DNA of 64,000 nucleotides from Candidatus Latescibacterota bacterium (lineage in GTDB: Bacteria; Latescibacterota; UBA2968; UBA8231). The notes under the pieces are model-generated. The model was given only the letters and a program-made list of their open reading frames with translations. It had not been told where the DNA came from and did not search any database. Shown here in pieces: positions 49,355-59,350 of the stretch. Both the position numbers and the translations under genes were made by a program. The first letter of the stretch is position 1. Each line of letters opens with the position of its first letter. The DNA lies in assembly GCA_965204725.1 (NCBI GenBank), contig OZ242005.1, positions 2,080,001-2,144,000 of the forward strand, in the 5' to 3' direction.

Positions 49355-50923
49355 ATGATCGGCATTGTGTTCAAAAAAGAGATGCTCAGCCATCTGCTCA
49401 GCCAGCGCTTCGCCGCTTGCACCATCCTCGCCGTCGTGCTCATCATCGCCAACGGCGTCCTCACGACCCAGACTTATGTCGAGAAAAAGGTCAGTTACCT
49501 CACTCAGCGGGCCATTGAGGAAACCAAACGACACGAAATCACCCACTATTCGGCCTTAGGCTGGGACTGGTTGATGGTGCCTAACAGTCTGCCCAAGCCC
49601 AAGGCGGCTCCGCGTGCGCTGCGGGCTCCGCGCCCCTTAGCGGCGTTCGCCCGAGGAGCCGAACGACAGTTGGGGCAAGCCGTCAAGGTGCTACTCTTTG
49701 AGGTGTCCTACCAAGCCGAGGAGGTCTCCCCCTTCCAGTCGAGCAATCCCTACCTCGCCATCTTTGCCTTCTTCGACGTGGTGTACATCTTCCAACTCGT
49801 GCTCGGCTTGCTAGCCATCCTCATCGCCAGCGAGACCATCTCCGGCGAAAAAGAAGACGGCACACTGCGGCTGATGCTGACGACCAACGTCAGCCGTGCC
49901 CAAGTCCTCGTCGGCAAAATCCTCGCGGGTTTGACCACGCTGGCTATTCCAACGGCCTTGGGCTTTATCCTGCTGACGATCTTGCTGTTGGGCACGGAGC
50001 AGATCGAAGTCGGCGTCGGCGAGTGGGCGCGGGTGGGCTTACTGTTCGCGCTGTCGCTGCTGTATCTGCTAGTATTCTACCTGATTGGGCTGGCGATCTC
50101 GTGCGCGACGCACCGCTCGGCGACCAGCTTGGTCGTCGCGCTGTTTACGTGGGCGTTGCTGGCGATAGTGCTGCCTAACAGCATCTCAGCATTGCTCAAC
50201 GAGCAGGCTAACATGGGCGAAAAGCATGCCCAAGCCCATCACAAGGCCGCACAGGTGTGGCAGGAGTTCGATCAGGAGGTCACCGACCTTGCACGGGCGC
50301 ACGGTCAGACGAAGTACTTTCCCACAGATATGGTCGAGCCTGACCCTAATAGCCGCGGGACTATAATCTACGACTCCGGCACTGGAACCTACTCTATAAG
50401 AGACGGGCAGACGCCTCAGTTCTATCTATCGGGTATCGCCGATACGCCCGCGCTGACGAAGTTCCAAGACATCGTCCGCACCGGCGAAAGGCTACGCTTG
50501 AAATACGCCCAACGCGCTTGGAACGAGAAAGCCCCTCTCCTCGAAGGCTTCCCCCGCCGCATCCAACGCCGCAACAGCCAACTCCAGCGCCTGCTGCCCC
50601 CCGGTGCCTACGCCCAAGCCGCCAGCCTCCTCGCTGGCACCAGCCGACGCGAATACGACGACTTCATCGGCCAAGTCCGCACCTATCGCGGGCAGATCAT
50701 CACCTTTCTCGAAGAGCGCGATGCGTTTGGCTCCCGCGAGTGGTTCAACGACGATCCCGGCTGGCGCGCCGACCTGCGCGACCTGCCGCATTTTTACGAG
50801 CGCGGCTGGACCGTCGCCGAGAGCCTGCGCCACGCCTTACCGGCACTGGCTTCCCTGCTGCTATATGCGGCCGTGCTCTTCGTCCTTGCCAACCGCCTCT
50901 TCGCCCGCTACGACGTGATGTGA
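49355..50923 (+). CDS. ABC-2 permease, subfamily A, copy 4
   Basis: MIGIVFKKEM, ISGEKEDGTLRL. Confidence 0.88.
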   Translation: MIGIVFKKEMLSHLLSQRFAACTILAVVLIIANGVLTTQTYVEKKVSYLTQRAIEETKRHEITHYSALGWDWLMVPNSLPKPKAAPRALRAPRPLAAFARGAERQLGQAVKVLLFEVSYQAEEVSPFQSSNPYLAIFAFFDVVYIFQLVLGLLAILIASETISGEKEDGTLRLMLTTNVSRAQVLVGKILAGLTTLAIPTALGFILLTILLLGTEQIEVGVGEWARVGLLFALSLLYLLVFYLIGLAISCATHRSATSLVVALFTWALLAIVLPNSISALLNEQANMGEKHAQAHHKAAQVWQEFDQEVTDLARAHGQTKYFPTDMVEPDPNSRGTIIYDSGTGTYSIRDGQTPQFYLSGIADTPALTKFQDIVRTGERLRLKYAQRAWNEKAPLLEGFPRRIQRRNSQLQRLLPPGAYAQAASLLAGTSRREYDDFIGQVRTYRGQIITFLEERDAFGSREWFNDDPGWRADLRDLPHFYERGWTVAESLRHALPALASLLLYAAVLFVLANRLFARYDVM

Positions 50924-50949
50924 GCCATCCAACAGAAGGAGCTATTCCC

Positions 50950-52401
50950 ATGCTAGCCGCCATTGTAAAACGCGAATTGCTCGACCACCTCAGCAGCCTG
51001 CGCTTTGGCTTGGCCCTTGTGCTGACAGTGGGGCTGATGGTGCTCAACGCCCTCAGCTTTGTCGGCGGATCCTACGAGTTCCGACGCGACCACTACCTCA
51101 AGCAAGTCCAAGCCCAGCAAGAGATCGGCCGCAGCCACGCCCAACGCGGCCTGTGGAAGCTGATCCTCCATGCCGGGCAAGAGTACATCTATAAGAAACC
51201 CAGCACCCTCATGTTCTGCGCCGCGGGTGCCAACGACGCCCTGCCCGAACGCCTCTGGACCCAAGGCGGGGAAACCTCCTACAACAGCGTCAAATTCTAC
51301 GACCCCTTTGTCCTGATCTATTGGGACATCATCGACATCTGGGCACCCAAGGCCAGCCAACTGCTGGAGACCCAAGCCATAGACTGGGTCTTCATCATCG
51401 GCGGTCTGCTCAGTCTCATGGCCTTGTTGTTCACCTTTGATGCCTTCATCGGCGAAAAGGAGCGCGGCACCCTCAAGCTGGTCATGGCGCAAAGCCTGCC
51501 GCGCCACACCTTGCTGTTGGGCAAGTTCCTCGGCGCAATGCTCGCGCTTGCCATCGCCCTCAGCCTCGCCATCGTCGTCAACCTACTCATCGTCCTCGCG
51601 CTGTCGCAGGTGAACTTGGGTCTGGTCGAGGCCGGGCGCATCGTCGGCATGGTCGGCCTATCGCTGCTGTATCTGGCTTGCTTTGTCGGGTTGGGCCTGT
51701 GGGTGTCCATACGCAGCAGCACCACCCGCTCCAGTCTGGTAGGCGTCCTATTGCTGTGGACCTGTGGGGTGTTGCTCTGGCCGGCCACCGGCGGCGCACT
51801 AGCCGCTCGCGTATTGGTCAGCGAGTTCGAGGAGGAGTTGGTGCTAGGGTGGGGCTTTGCAAACAACAACACGCCCGCCCACCAGAAACTCCAAACCCTC
51901 AAGAGCCTTTTGCGGAACCGCGATCTGAGAAACCCCCAAAAGGTGCGCCAGTTGGCCGACGCCCAACGCGCCGTGCGCCAGTTCCACCAAGACCGAGAAG
52001 ACCGCTTTCTGGCCTACAGTCTCGGCGAAGTCGAAACAGCCCGCCACATCGTCCGCCTGTCGCCCATGGGCTGCTTCCAATACGGCATGGAAGCCCTCGC
52101 CGGCACCGGACTAGCGCGCCACAAGAGCTTTGTCGAGCAGGTGAGGACCTATGTCCAGCAGTTCGAGCAAACCATGCTCAACCGCGACCGCGACGACCCC
52201 AAAAGCATGCACATCCACCTCGTCGCCCAAGGGCTATCGCGCCAGAAAATCAACCCGGACGCCCTGCCCGTCTTCACCGAGAACCTGTCGGCGACAACCT
52301 TGCTGCGACACGCGGTCGTCGATGTCATCGGCCTATTCTTCTTCGCCATCCTCACCTACCTGCTGGCCTACCGGTCATGGCTACGCGCCAGCATCGTCTA
52401 A
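50950..52401 (+). CDS. ABC-2 permease, subfamily B, copy 3
   Basis: AAGGAG RBS, MLAAIVKRE start at 50950. Confidence 0.88.
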   Translation: MLAAIVKRELLDHLSSLRFGLALVLTVGLMVLNALSFVGGSYEFRRDHYLKQVQAQQEIGRSHAQRGLWKLILHAGQEYIYKKPSTLMFCAAGANDALPERLWTQGGETSYNSVKFYDPFVLIYWDIIDIWAPKASQLLETQAIDWVFIIGGLLSLMALLFTFDAFIGEKERGTLKLVMAQSLPRHTLLLGKFLGAMLALAIALSLAIVVNLLIVLALSQVNLGLVEAGRIVGMVGLSLLYLACFVGLGLWVSIRSSTTRSSLVGVLLLWTCGVLLWPATGGALAARVLVSEFEEELVLGWGFANNNTPAHQKLQTLKSLLRNRDLRNPQKVRQLADAQRAVRQFHQDREDRFLAYSLGEVETARHIVRLSPMGCFQYGMEALAGTGLARHKSFVEQVRTYVQQFEQTMLNRDRDDPKSMHIHLVAQGLSRQKINPDALPVFTENLSATTLLRHAVVDVIGLFFFAILTYLLAYRSWLRASIV

Positions 52402-52434
52402 AGAAAAGGAAATACCCATGCAGACCATCGTAAT

Positions 52435-52461
52435 GTCATTCCCGCGAAAGCGGGAATCCAG
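52435..52461. repeat. REP-type palindrome GTCATTCCCGCGAAAGCGGGAATCCA
   Basis: A related copy in inverted orientation lies at 57392-57416. Confidence 0.65.
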
Positions 52462-52516
52462 AATTGCCATAACACCTAACAACCGACGGCCCAGCCGTCC
52501 ACGCGAGGAGAACCTC

Positions 52517-53326
52517 ATGAAACCCCTAGCCATTTTCGCCCTGATCGCCATCGCCAGCACCGCCATGGCCGACCCCAAACGCGAGTTTGGCGGCTTTTCG
52601 TCCAACCCTCGCGATCTCCAAGTCTTTCTCGACTATATCCATAGCTTGGAGATGAGCAAGGTCGAGGCCGGGGCCGAATTGCAGAGCGCGATAGCGGCCA
52701 TCCCCGTCGAGTCAGACAGCACCCTTACTGCCGAGCAAGCAGCCAACCTGCGCGACTGGCTCTACGACTTTCTCGTCACCTTTTCGGTTTCCGGCAACGA
52801 CAGCCTCGCCGCCGCCTTTTACCTCCGCGAGGGCGTTACCAACCCCGGCGAGTTAGAGACAATGAAAGAAAACCTTGAGACCTGGGGGCTTATAGAGGGC
52901 ACTACGCCCTTTGACCTCTTCCGAGCTATGCACCGCTCCATACTCGACCACCAAGAGTATGAATACCGCTTTGGCAACGCATCTTTTCTTCACAGCACAT
53001 TCAAGGTATTCGAGATGCAGGGCCAGTACGAGAGTTATCTGTCCTATGCTAGGGCCAACGGCATGGTGGTGGCCGGGGGGTTGTATATGGACAAGTCCAA
53101 ATTGCAGCAAGAGGTCGAGGAAGCGATACAAGCGGGCGAGCAGCGGCTCTTAGCCCAATTCATGTTCATTACTGAAGAGCCCGAGGAGTTCGCCGAGTCT
53201 AAAAGGCCGATACGCACCCCATTCTTTTTTCGGCTAGTCTGGGACCCGGACCGGACGATGTGGCGCTTTGTCGAGGTGGTTTACAACTCCAATCTGCCGC
53301 ATTTCTTCCAATTCTCTTCCATGTAA
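52517..53326 (+). CDS. Exported family-X protein, paralogue 8
   Basis: GAGGAG RBS, MKPLAIF start, EFGGFS and the conserved blocks. Confidence 0.87.
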   Translation: MKPLAIFALIAIASTAMADPKREFGGFSSNPRDLQVFLDYIHSLEMSKVEAGAELQSAIAAIPVESDSTLTAEQAANLRDWLYDFLVTFSVSGNDSLAAAFYLREGVTNPGELETMKENLETWGLIEGTTPFDLFRAMHRSILDHQEYEYRFGNASFLHSTFKVFEMQGQYESYLSYARANGMVVAGGLYMDKSKLQQEVEEAIQAGEQRLLAQFMFITEEPEEFAESKRPIRTPFFFRLVWDPDRTMWRFVEVVYNSNLPHFFQFSSM

Positions 53327-53356
53327 CCCATCGTACTGAAGGAAGGAGCTATTCCA

Positions 53357-54808
53357 ATGCTAGCCGCGATTGTAAAACGCGAATTGCTCGACCACCTCAG
53401 CAGCCTGCGCTTTGGCTTGGCCCTCGTGCTGACGGTGGGGCTAATGGTGCTCAACGCCCTCAGCTTTGTCGGCGGCTCCTACGAGTTCCGACGCGACCAC
53501 TACCTCAAGCAAGTCCAAGCCCAGCAAGAAATTGGCCGCAACAACGCCCAACGCGGCCTGTGGAAGCTGATCCTCCATGCCGGGCAAGAATACATCTATA
53601 AAAAACCCAGCACCCTCATGTTCTGCGCCACCGGGGCCAACGACGCCCTGCCCGAGCGGCTCTGGACCCAAGGCGGGGAAAACTCCTACAACAGCGTCAA
53701 ATTCTACAACCCCTTTGTCTTGGTCTATTGGGACATCATCGACATCTGGGCACCCAAGGCCAGCCAACTGCTGAAGACCCAAGCGGTTGATTGGGTCTTT
53801 ATCATCGGCGGTCTGCTCAGTCTCATGGCCTTGTTGTTCACCTTTGACGCCTTCATCGGCGAAAAAGAGCGCGGCACCCTCAAACTGACCATGGCGCAGA
53901 GCCTGCCGCGCCACACCCTACTGCTGGGCAAGTTCCTCGGCGCAATGCTCGCGCTCGCCATCGCCCTAAGCCTCGCCATCGTCGTCAACCTGCTCATCGT
54001 CCTCGCGCTGTCGCAGGTGAACTTGGGCTTCGTCGAGGGCGGGCGCATCGTCGGCATGGTCGGCCTATCGCTGCTGTATCTGGCCTGCTTTGTCGGATTG
54101 GGGCTGTGGGTGTCGATACGGAGCAGCACCACCCGCTCCAGTCTGGTAGGCGTGTTGTTGCTGTGGACCTGCGGGGTGTTGCTCTGGCCGGCCACCGGCG
54201 GCGCGTTGGCCGCTCGCGTGTTGATCAGCGAATTCGAGGAGGAATTGGTGCTGGGGTGGGGCTTTGCAGACAAGTACAACCCGGACCAACAGAAACTTAA
54301 TGATCTAAAGAATACGTTGCGGAACCGCGACTTGAGAAATCCCCAAAAGGTGCGCCAGTTGGCCGACGCCCAACGCGCCGTGCGTCAGTTCCGCCAAGAC
54401 CGCGAAGACCGATTTTTAGCCCACAGCCTCGGCGAAGTGGAAAACGCCCGCCACATCGTCCGCCTGTCGCCCACCGGCTGCTTCCAGTACGGCATGGAAG
54501 CCCTCGCCGGCACCGGACTAGCGCGCCACAAGAGCTTTGTCGAGCAAGTCCGCACCTTTGTCCAGCAATTCGAGCAAACCATGCTCAACCGCGACCGCGA
54601 CGACCCCAAAAGCATGCACATCCACCTCGTCGCCCAAGGGCTATCACGCCAGAAAATCAACCCGGACGCCCTGCCCGTCTTCACCGAGAACCTATCGGCG
54701 ACGACCCTGCTGCGACACGCGGTTGTCGATGTCATCGGCCTATTCTTCTTCGCCATCCTCACCTACCTGCTGGCCTACCGATCATGGCTACGCGCCAGCA
54801 TCGTCTAA
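53357..54808 (+). CDS. ABC-2 permease, subfamily B, copy 4 (near-identical to copy 3)
   Basis: 483 aa, MLAAIVKRE. Confidence 0.88.
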   Translation: MLAAIVKRELLDHLSSLRFGLALVLTVGLMVLNALSFVGGSYEFRRDHYLKQVQAQQEIGRNNAQRGLWKLILHAGQEYIYKKPSTLMFCATGANDALPERLWTQGGENSYNSVKFYNPFVLVYWDIIDIWAPKASQLLKTQAVDWVFIIGGLLSLMALLFTFDAFIGEKERGTLKLTMAQSLPRHTLLLGKFLGAMLALAIALSLAIVVNLLIVLALSQVNLGFVEGGRIVGMVGLSLLYLACFVGLGLWVSIRSSTTRSSLVGVLLLWTCGVLLWPATGGALAARVLISEFEEELVLGWGFADKYNPDQQKLNDLKNTLRNRDLRNPQKVRQLADAQRAVRQFRQDREDRFLAHSLGEVENARHIVRLSPTGCFQYGMEALAGTGLARHKSFVEQVRTFVQQFEQTMLNRDRDDPKSMHIHLVAQGLSRQKINPDALPVFTENLSATTLLRHAVVDVIGLFFFAILTYLLAYRSWLRASIV

Positions 54809-54825
54809 AACCCAAGGAGACCCCC

Positions 54826-55686
54826 ATGAAACCCCTAGCCATTTTCGCCCTAATCGCCGTCGCCAGCGCAGCCATAGCCGATCCCAAACCCCAGTACGGC
54901 GGCTTTTCGCCCGACGCCGATGGCCAGCAAGCCTATCTCGACTACATCCACAGCTTGGACATGATCGAGATCGAGGCCGGAGCCGAGTTGCAACAGGCCA
55001 TCGAGGCCATCCCCGTCAAGGCGGGCGTCGCCATCACGCCCGAACAAGAAGCCGGCCTGCGCGACTGGCTCTACGACTTCCTCGTCGCCTTCTCCGCTTC
55101 CGGTAGCGACAGCCTCGCCGCGGCCTTTTACTTGCGCGAGGGCGTCAATAATCCCACCGGAATACAGGAGATCAAAGCGCAATTTGCCGCCTTTGCAAAC
55201 GCCCCCGCCGACCAGCTAAAGTCAATGGGGATGGCGCCTCCCAAGCAACCCGTTGACGATACCCCTTTTGCCCTCTTCCAAGCCATGCACCGCTTCGGCG
55301 TCAACGTGAAGGGGCGCGATTACTTCTTAGGCAACGCCTCCTTTTTCGACAGCGCGTACAGAATTTTTGCACTGCAAGGGGCTTATGAGAGCTATGCGAC
55401 CTACGCCACTTCTCGCGGCCTGCTGCCCACCGGGGGCCGTACAGAGTGGTCCCCCAAGCTGAGAAAGGAGATGGAAGAAAGGCTAAAGGCGGGCGAGCCG
55501 GAAGTAGCGGCCGAGTTCATGTTCATCGCCGAAGAGCCGGAAGAGTGCGCCGACTTTGAAACGGGGCCGCTGCGCTTCCCGTTTTTCGTGCGACTCGTCT
55601 GGAGCTCAGAAAAGGCTATATGGCGTCTGGTAGAGGCCTTCGCGCCGAATGACGCGCCGGTTCTCTTCTTGTTTAAGTCAACGTAA
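54826..55686 (+). CDS. Exported family-X protein, paralogue 9 (central insertion)
   Basis: AAGGAG RBS, MKPLAIF start, conserved blocks. Confidence 0.87.
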   Translation: MKPLAIFALIAVASAAIADPKPQYGGFSPDADGQQAYLDYIHSLDMIEIEAGAELQQAIEAIPVKAGVAITPEQEAGLRDWLYDFLVAFSASGSDSLAAAFYLREGVNNPTGIQEIKAQFAAFANAPADQLKSMGMAPPKQPVDDTPFALFQAMHRFGVNVKGRDYFLGNASFFDSAYRIFALQGAYESYATYATSRGLLPTGGRTEWSPKLRKEMEERLKAGEPEVAAEFMFIAEEPEECADFETGPLRFPFFVRLVWSSEKAIWRLVEAFAPNDAPVLFLFKST

Positions 55687-55753
55687 TCAACGCGACCGAG
55701 GCGGTCTCCAAGCTAGCCCGAAGGCCGCTTCAATTAACCCAAGGAGCTGCGCC

Positions 55754-57325
55754 ATGGTCGGCATTGTGTTCAAAAAAGAGATGCTCAGTCATCTGCTCAG
55801 CCAGCGCTTCGCCGCTTGCACCATCCTCGCCGTCGTGCTCATCATCGCCAACGGCGTCCTCACGACCCAGACTTATGTCGAGAAAAAGGTCAGCTACCTC
55901 ACCCAGCGGGCCGTTGAGGAAACCAAACGGCACGAAGTCACCTATTATTCGGTGCTGGGCAGCGACTGGTTAAACACGATCTTCAGTAACAAACCCAAGG
56001 CGGCACCGCGTGCTCTGCGGGCTCCGCGTCCCTTAGAAGCGTTCGCCCAAGGCGATGAACAACAGTTGGGACAGGCCGTCAAGGTGATCCTCTTCGAGGT
56101 GCCCTACCAAGCCGAGGAGGTCTCCCCCTTCCAGTCGAACAACCCCTACCTCGCCATCTTTGCCTTCTTCGACGTGGTGTACATCTTCCAACTCGTGCTC
56201 GGCTTGCTAGCCATCCTCATCGCCAGCGAGACCATCTCCGGTGAGAAGGAAGACGGCACGTTGCGGCTGATGCTGACGACCAACGTCAGCCGCGCCCAAG
56301 TCCTCGTCGGCAAAATCCTCGCCGGCCTGACCACGCTAGCCATTCCAACGGCTCTCGGCTTCATTCTGCTGACGATCTTGCTGTTGGGCACGGAGCAGAT
56401 CGAAGTCGGCGTCGGCGAGTGGGCGCGGGTGGGCTTACTGTTCGCGCTGTCGCTGCTGTATCTGCTAGTGTTCTACCTGATTGGGCTGGCGATCTCGTGC
56501 GCGACGCACCGCTCGGCCACCAGCTTGGTCGTCGCGCTGTTTGCGTGGGCGTTGCTGGCGATAGTGCTGCCCAACAGCCTCTCGGCTTGGCTCAACGAGC
56601 AGGCCAACATGGGCGAAAAGCATGCCCAAGCCCACCACAAGGCCGCGCAAGTGTGGCAGGAGTTCGATCAGGAGGTCACCGATCTTGCCCGGGCGCACGG
56701 CCAGACGAAGTACTTCCCCTTGGATATGGTCAAGCGGCTCCCGCCGAAGAGGGGACGCGGGACTTTGTCCAGCTTTGAAGGAACGGACGCTTACTCTATA
56801 AGAGACGGGCAGACGCCTCATATCTATCTATCGAATGTCGCCGATACGCCCGCGCTGACGAAGTTCCAAGACATCGTCCGCACCGGCGAAAGGCTACGCT
56901 TGAAATACGCCCAACGCGCTTGGAACGAGAAAGCCCCTCTCCTCGAAGGCTTCCCCCGCCGCATCCAACGCCGCAACAGCCAACTCCAGCGCCTGCTGCC
57001 CCCCGGTGCCTACGCCCAAGCCGCCAGCCTGATCGCCGGCACCAGCCGACGCGAATACGACGACTTCATCGGCCAAGTCCGCACCTATCGCGGGCAGATC
57101 ATCTCCTTCCTCGAAGAGCGCGATGCGTTTGGCTCCCGCGAGTGGTTCAACGACGACCCCGGCTGGCGCGCCGACCTGCGCGACTTGCCGCAGTTTTACG
57201 AGCGCGGCTGGACCGTCGCCGAGAGTATGCGCCACGCCTTGCCGGCGTTGACCTCCCTGCTGCTGTATGCAGCCGTGCTCTTCGTCCTCGCCAACCGCCT
57301 CTTCGCCCGCTACGACGTGATGTGA
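55754..57325 (+). CDS. ABC-2 permease, subfamily A, copy 5
   Basis: MVGIVFKKEM; closest to 49355. Confidence 0.88.
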   Translation: MVGIVFKKEMLSHLLSQRFAACTILAVVLIIANGVLTTQTYVEKKVSYLTQRAVEETKRHEVTYYSVLGSDWLNTIFSNKPKAAPRALRAPRPLEAFAQGDEQQLGQAVKVILFEVPYQAEEVSPFQSNNPYLAIFAFFDVVYIFQLVLGLLAILIASETISGEKEDGTLRLMLTTNVSRAQVLVGKILAGLTTLAIPTALGFILLTILLLGTEQIEVGVGEWARVGLLFALSLLYLLVFYLIGLAISCATHRSATSLVVALFAWALLAIVLPNSLSAWLNEQANMGEKHAQAHHKAAQVWQEFDQEVTDLARAHGQTKYFPLDMVKRLPPKRGRGTLSSFEGTDAYSIRDGQTPHIYLSNVADTPALTKFQDIVRTGERLRLKYAQRAWNEKAPLLEGFPRRIQRRNSQLQRLLPPGAYAQAASLIAGTSRREYDDFIGQVRTYRGQIISFLEERDAFGSREWFNDDPGWRADLRDLPQFYERGWTVAESMRHALPALTSLLLYAAVLFVLANRLFARYDVM

Positions 57326-57340
57326 GAAGCGTTGCTTCAA

Positions 57341-57416
57341 GGATCGAGGGCATCTTGCCCTCGTCGAGGGCGGGACGCCCTCGATCCTAGGTGGATTCCC
57401 GCTTGCGCGGGAATGA
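57341..57416. repeat. Cluster of REP-type palindromes
   Basis: GGATCGAGGGC...GCCCTCGATCC and TGGATTCCCGCTTGCGCGGGAATGAC. Confidence 0.6.
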
Positions 57417-57515
57417 CCACATAGAGGCACCATCCTTGGAAGGATAGCGGCTAGTATCGTGTTGTACAAGGCGACGCCCCACCGCCAAAATCCCCTCCTG
57501 CCAGCCGCCGCGTCG

Positions 57516-57713
57516 TGCGACAATTCGACGCATTTGTGCGATGTATCCGCGCACTTTTAGCGCGTCAACAGGGCTTTGCCAAGGGTTTGCAAGACGGGCG
57601 CGAAAATTATCTTATTTTTTACAAAGCATTTTATAACAGATAGTTACGATCATCATCCCAAAGAAATCGGCGCGATTATCACCCGCTGGCCGCCTGTTGG
57701 CACGATAATTGCA
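57516..57713 (+). promoter_or_regulatory. Sigma54 promoter module, copy 6
   Basis: TGCG-N9-CGCA at 57516 and 57537; TTGGCACGATAATTGCA at 57697-57713. Confidence 0.85.
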
Positions 57714-57838
57714 ATAATACTTGCTGAAACAGAGACAACCTTAAAGAAGGATTCATCGCAATGCTAGCAGCTATTGCAAAACTCAAACCAGTTGCCCCCC
57801 CTCAGCGGCTCCTACGGACTGCGGAAAGGAGTGTAATT

Positions 57839-59350
57839 ATGTATTCCATCTTCTACGTCTTCGGCCTGCTGGTGTGCGCCCTCGCGGCCGACGCCGAAAT
57901 CCTGACCAAGGAACAGCAGCGCATCCTGCTCGACCTTGAAGAGGCCCATCTGACCCGCCAACAAGCCCAAGCGCACGAGGCTGAGATCGCCATCGAGCAC
58001 GAGCAGATGATCGGCCTCAAGGAGCGCGGCGTGGTCACCGGCCAAGAGCTGCGCCGCGCCCGTGAGCGGTTTGAGCGCGCCGGCCAGATGCGGCAACAAG
58101 CCGACCTGAACCTCCAGCGCGCCTTCCTCAACTCCCTCAGCGACGCCACTCACCTCACGGTCGTCAACGGCCAAAAGTACGGCGTCGAGGGCGACAAGGT
58201 GCGCGTGCGGCTCACCCTACGCAACGACTCCGACCTCCACTTGGCGCAAATGGTCGATCGCGCCCGCCGCCGCTACTCCATCAACGGCCTCGACCAAGAC
58301 GCGGAGTCCCTGTTGCAGGTCAACAACATCTTCGTCACCATCCTCGCCGACCGCGTCATGGTCGGCCAGCCCTACCAAGTCCACATCCCGGTGCTGGCCC
58401 TCGGCGAGGAAGTCGAAGTCGAGGTTGGCTTGCAGCGGCCCGAGGTCGAGGACCTCACCGTGCAGCTCCAATACCTCAACCGCAGCGACGACCACGTCAT
58501 CCACTTGGAGAAGGCTTCGGCCCGCGACGTCGTGCGCGTGTATGCCACCCAGTTTTCCCAAGAAGGGCCGCTGGGCAATTCCGTGGAATACGAGTTGCAG
58601 TTGGAGCGGCTGGCCGAGGACGAAAAGATCTTCCAACTGATGGCGCACGGCCTGCCCGACGATTTCCGTTGGGAGTTTGCAAGCGGGGGCCGCAACCTGT
58701 CGCGGCTGCGCTTTTCCCGCGACCACTCCAACGACTCCCTGACCCTCAACGTGTACGTGCCCGAACAAGCCGTCAGCTTTGCAGTGGATCAGCCGCTCGT
58801 GTTCTCGGTGCTGGCCTACGATCCAAAGGACATCGAAGCCGAGGTGTTGGCCGCGGCCGATCCCGAGCGTTTGCAGGCCATGGGCATTGGCTACGAGCAA
58901 CTGCAACTCGTGCCTACGGGCCGGGCCGAGCTGGAGTTGAGCACCCTCAACCTCGACCTCGCCGTCAATGGCGCCGGCGAGTCCCAGTCCGTTTGGCAGC
59001 TCCGCAACCTCGGCACGGTGGAATTGCTCGACATCCGCCTACAGGCCCTGTCGCCGCCCGGCTGGGAAGTCGTCTTTGAGCCGCAGGAGATCGCCCTGCT
59101 GCCGCCGCGCGAGGAAGTAGAAGCCATGCTGACCGTGCGGCCGGTCAACAGCGCCGAAATCGGCCGCTACGAAGTCAAGACCAGCGCCAGCACCCAGCAC
59201 AAGGGGCAGTGGGTCGAGTCGGTCGAGCGCACCGTCAACATAAACATCAAGAGCGATGGGTCGTTCTGGGGCATCACCGGGTTGGTGCTCTTGCTGGTGA
59301 CCATCGTGCTGGGCGTAGCTGTCTTCACCGTGCAATGGAGCAAGCGATGA
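57839..59350 (+). CDS. Periplasmic coiled-coil/Ig-like protein with a NEW3-like domain and C-terminal membrane anchor
   Basis: Signal peptide from MYSIFY (AAGGAG RBS), coiled coil, LRNLG...L.DI.L....PPGWEV.FEP..I..L.P......G.Y, and a final TM helix. Confidence 0.7.
   Translation: MYSIFYVFGLLVCALAADAEILTKEQQRILLDLEEAHLTRQQAQAHEAEIAIEHEQMIGLKERGVVTGQELRRARERFERAGQMRQQADLNLQRAFLNSLSDATHLTVVNGQKYGVEGDKVRVRLTLRNDSDLHLAQMVDRARRRYSINGLDQDAESLLQVNNIFVTILADRVMVGQPYQVHIPVLALGEEVEVEVGLQRPEVEDLTVQLQYLNRSDDHVIHLEKASARDVVRVYATQFSQEGPLGNSVEYELQLERLAEDEKIFQLMAHGLPDDFRWEFASGGRNLSRLRFSRDHSNDSLTLNVYVPEQAVSFAVDQPLVFSVLAYDPKDIEAEVLAAADPERLQAMGIGYEQLQLVPTGRAELELSTLNLDLAVNGAGESQSVWQLRNLGTVELLDIRLQALSPPGWEVVFEPQEIALLPPREEVEAMLTVRPVNSAEIGRYEVKTSASTQHKGQWVESVERTVNINIKSDGSFWGITGLVLLLVTIVLGVAVFTVQWSKR

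Noticed and set aside
26711-57713. Repeated intergenic element as a CRISPR array, MITE or structured ncRNA
   Set aside because: Copies are kilobases apart with no repeat-spacer periodicity, terminal inverted repeats or target duplications. The sigma54 box and phased palindromes explain them as promoters.
57761-57838. Upstream start MLAAIAKLK for the NEW3 protein
   Set aside because: It resembles a remnant of the B-permease start (MLAAIVKRE). ATG 57839 has its own RBS and yields a proper signal peptide.
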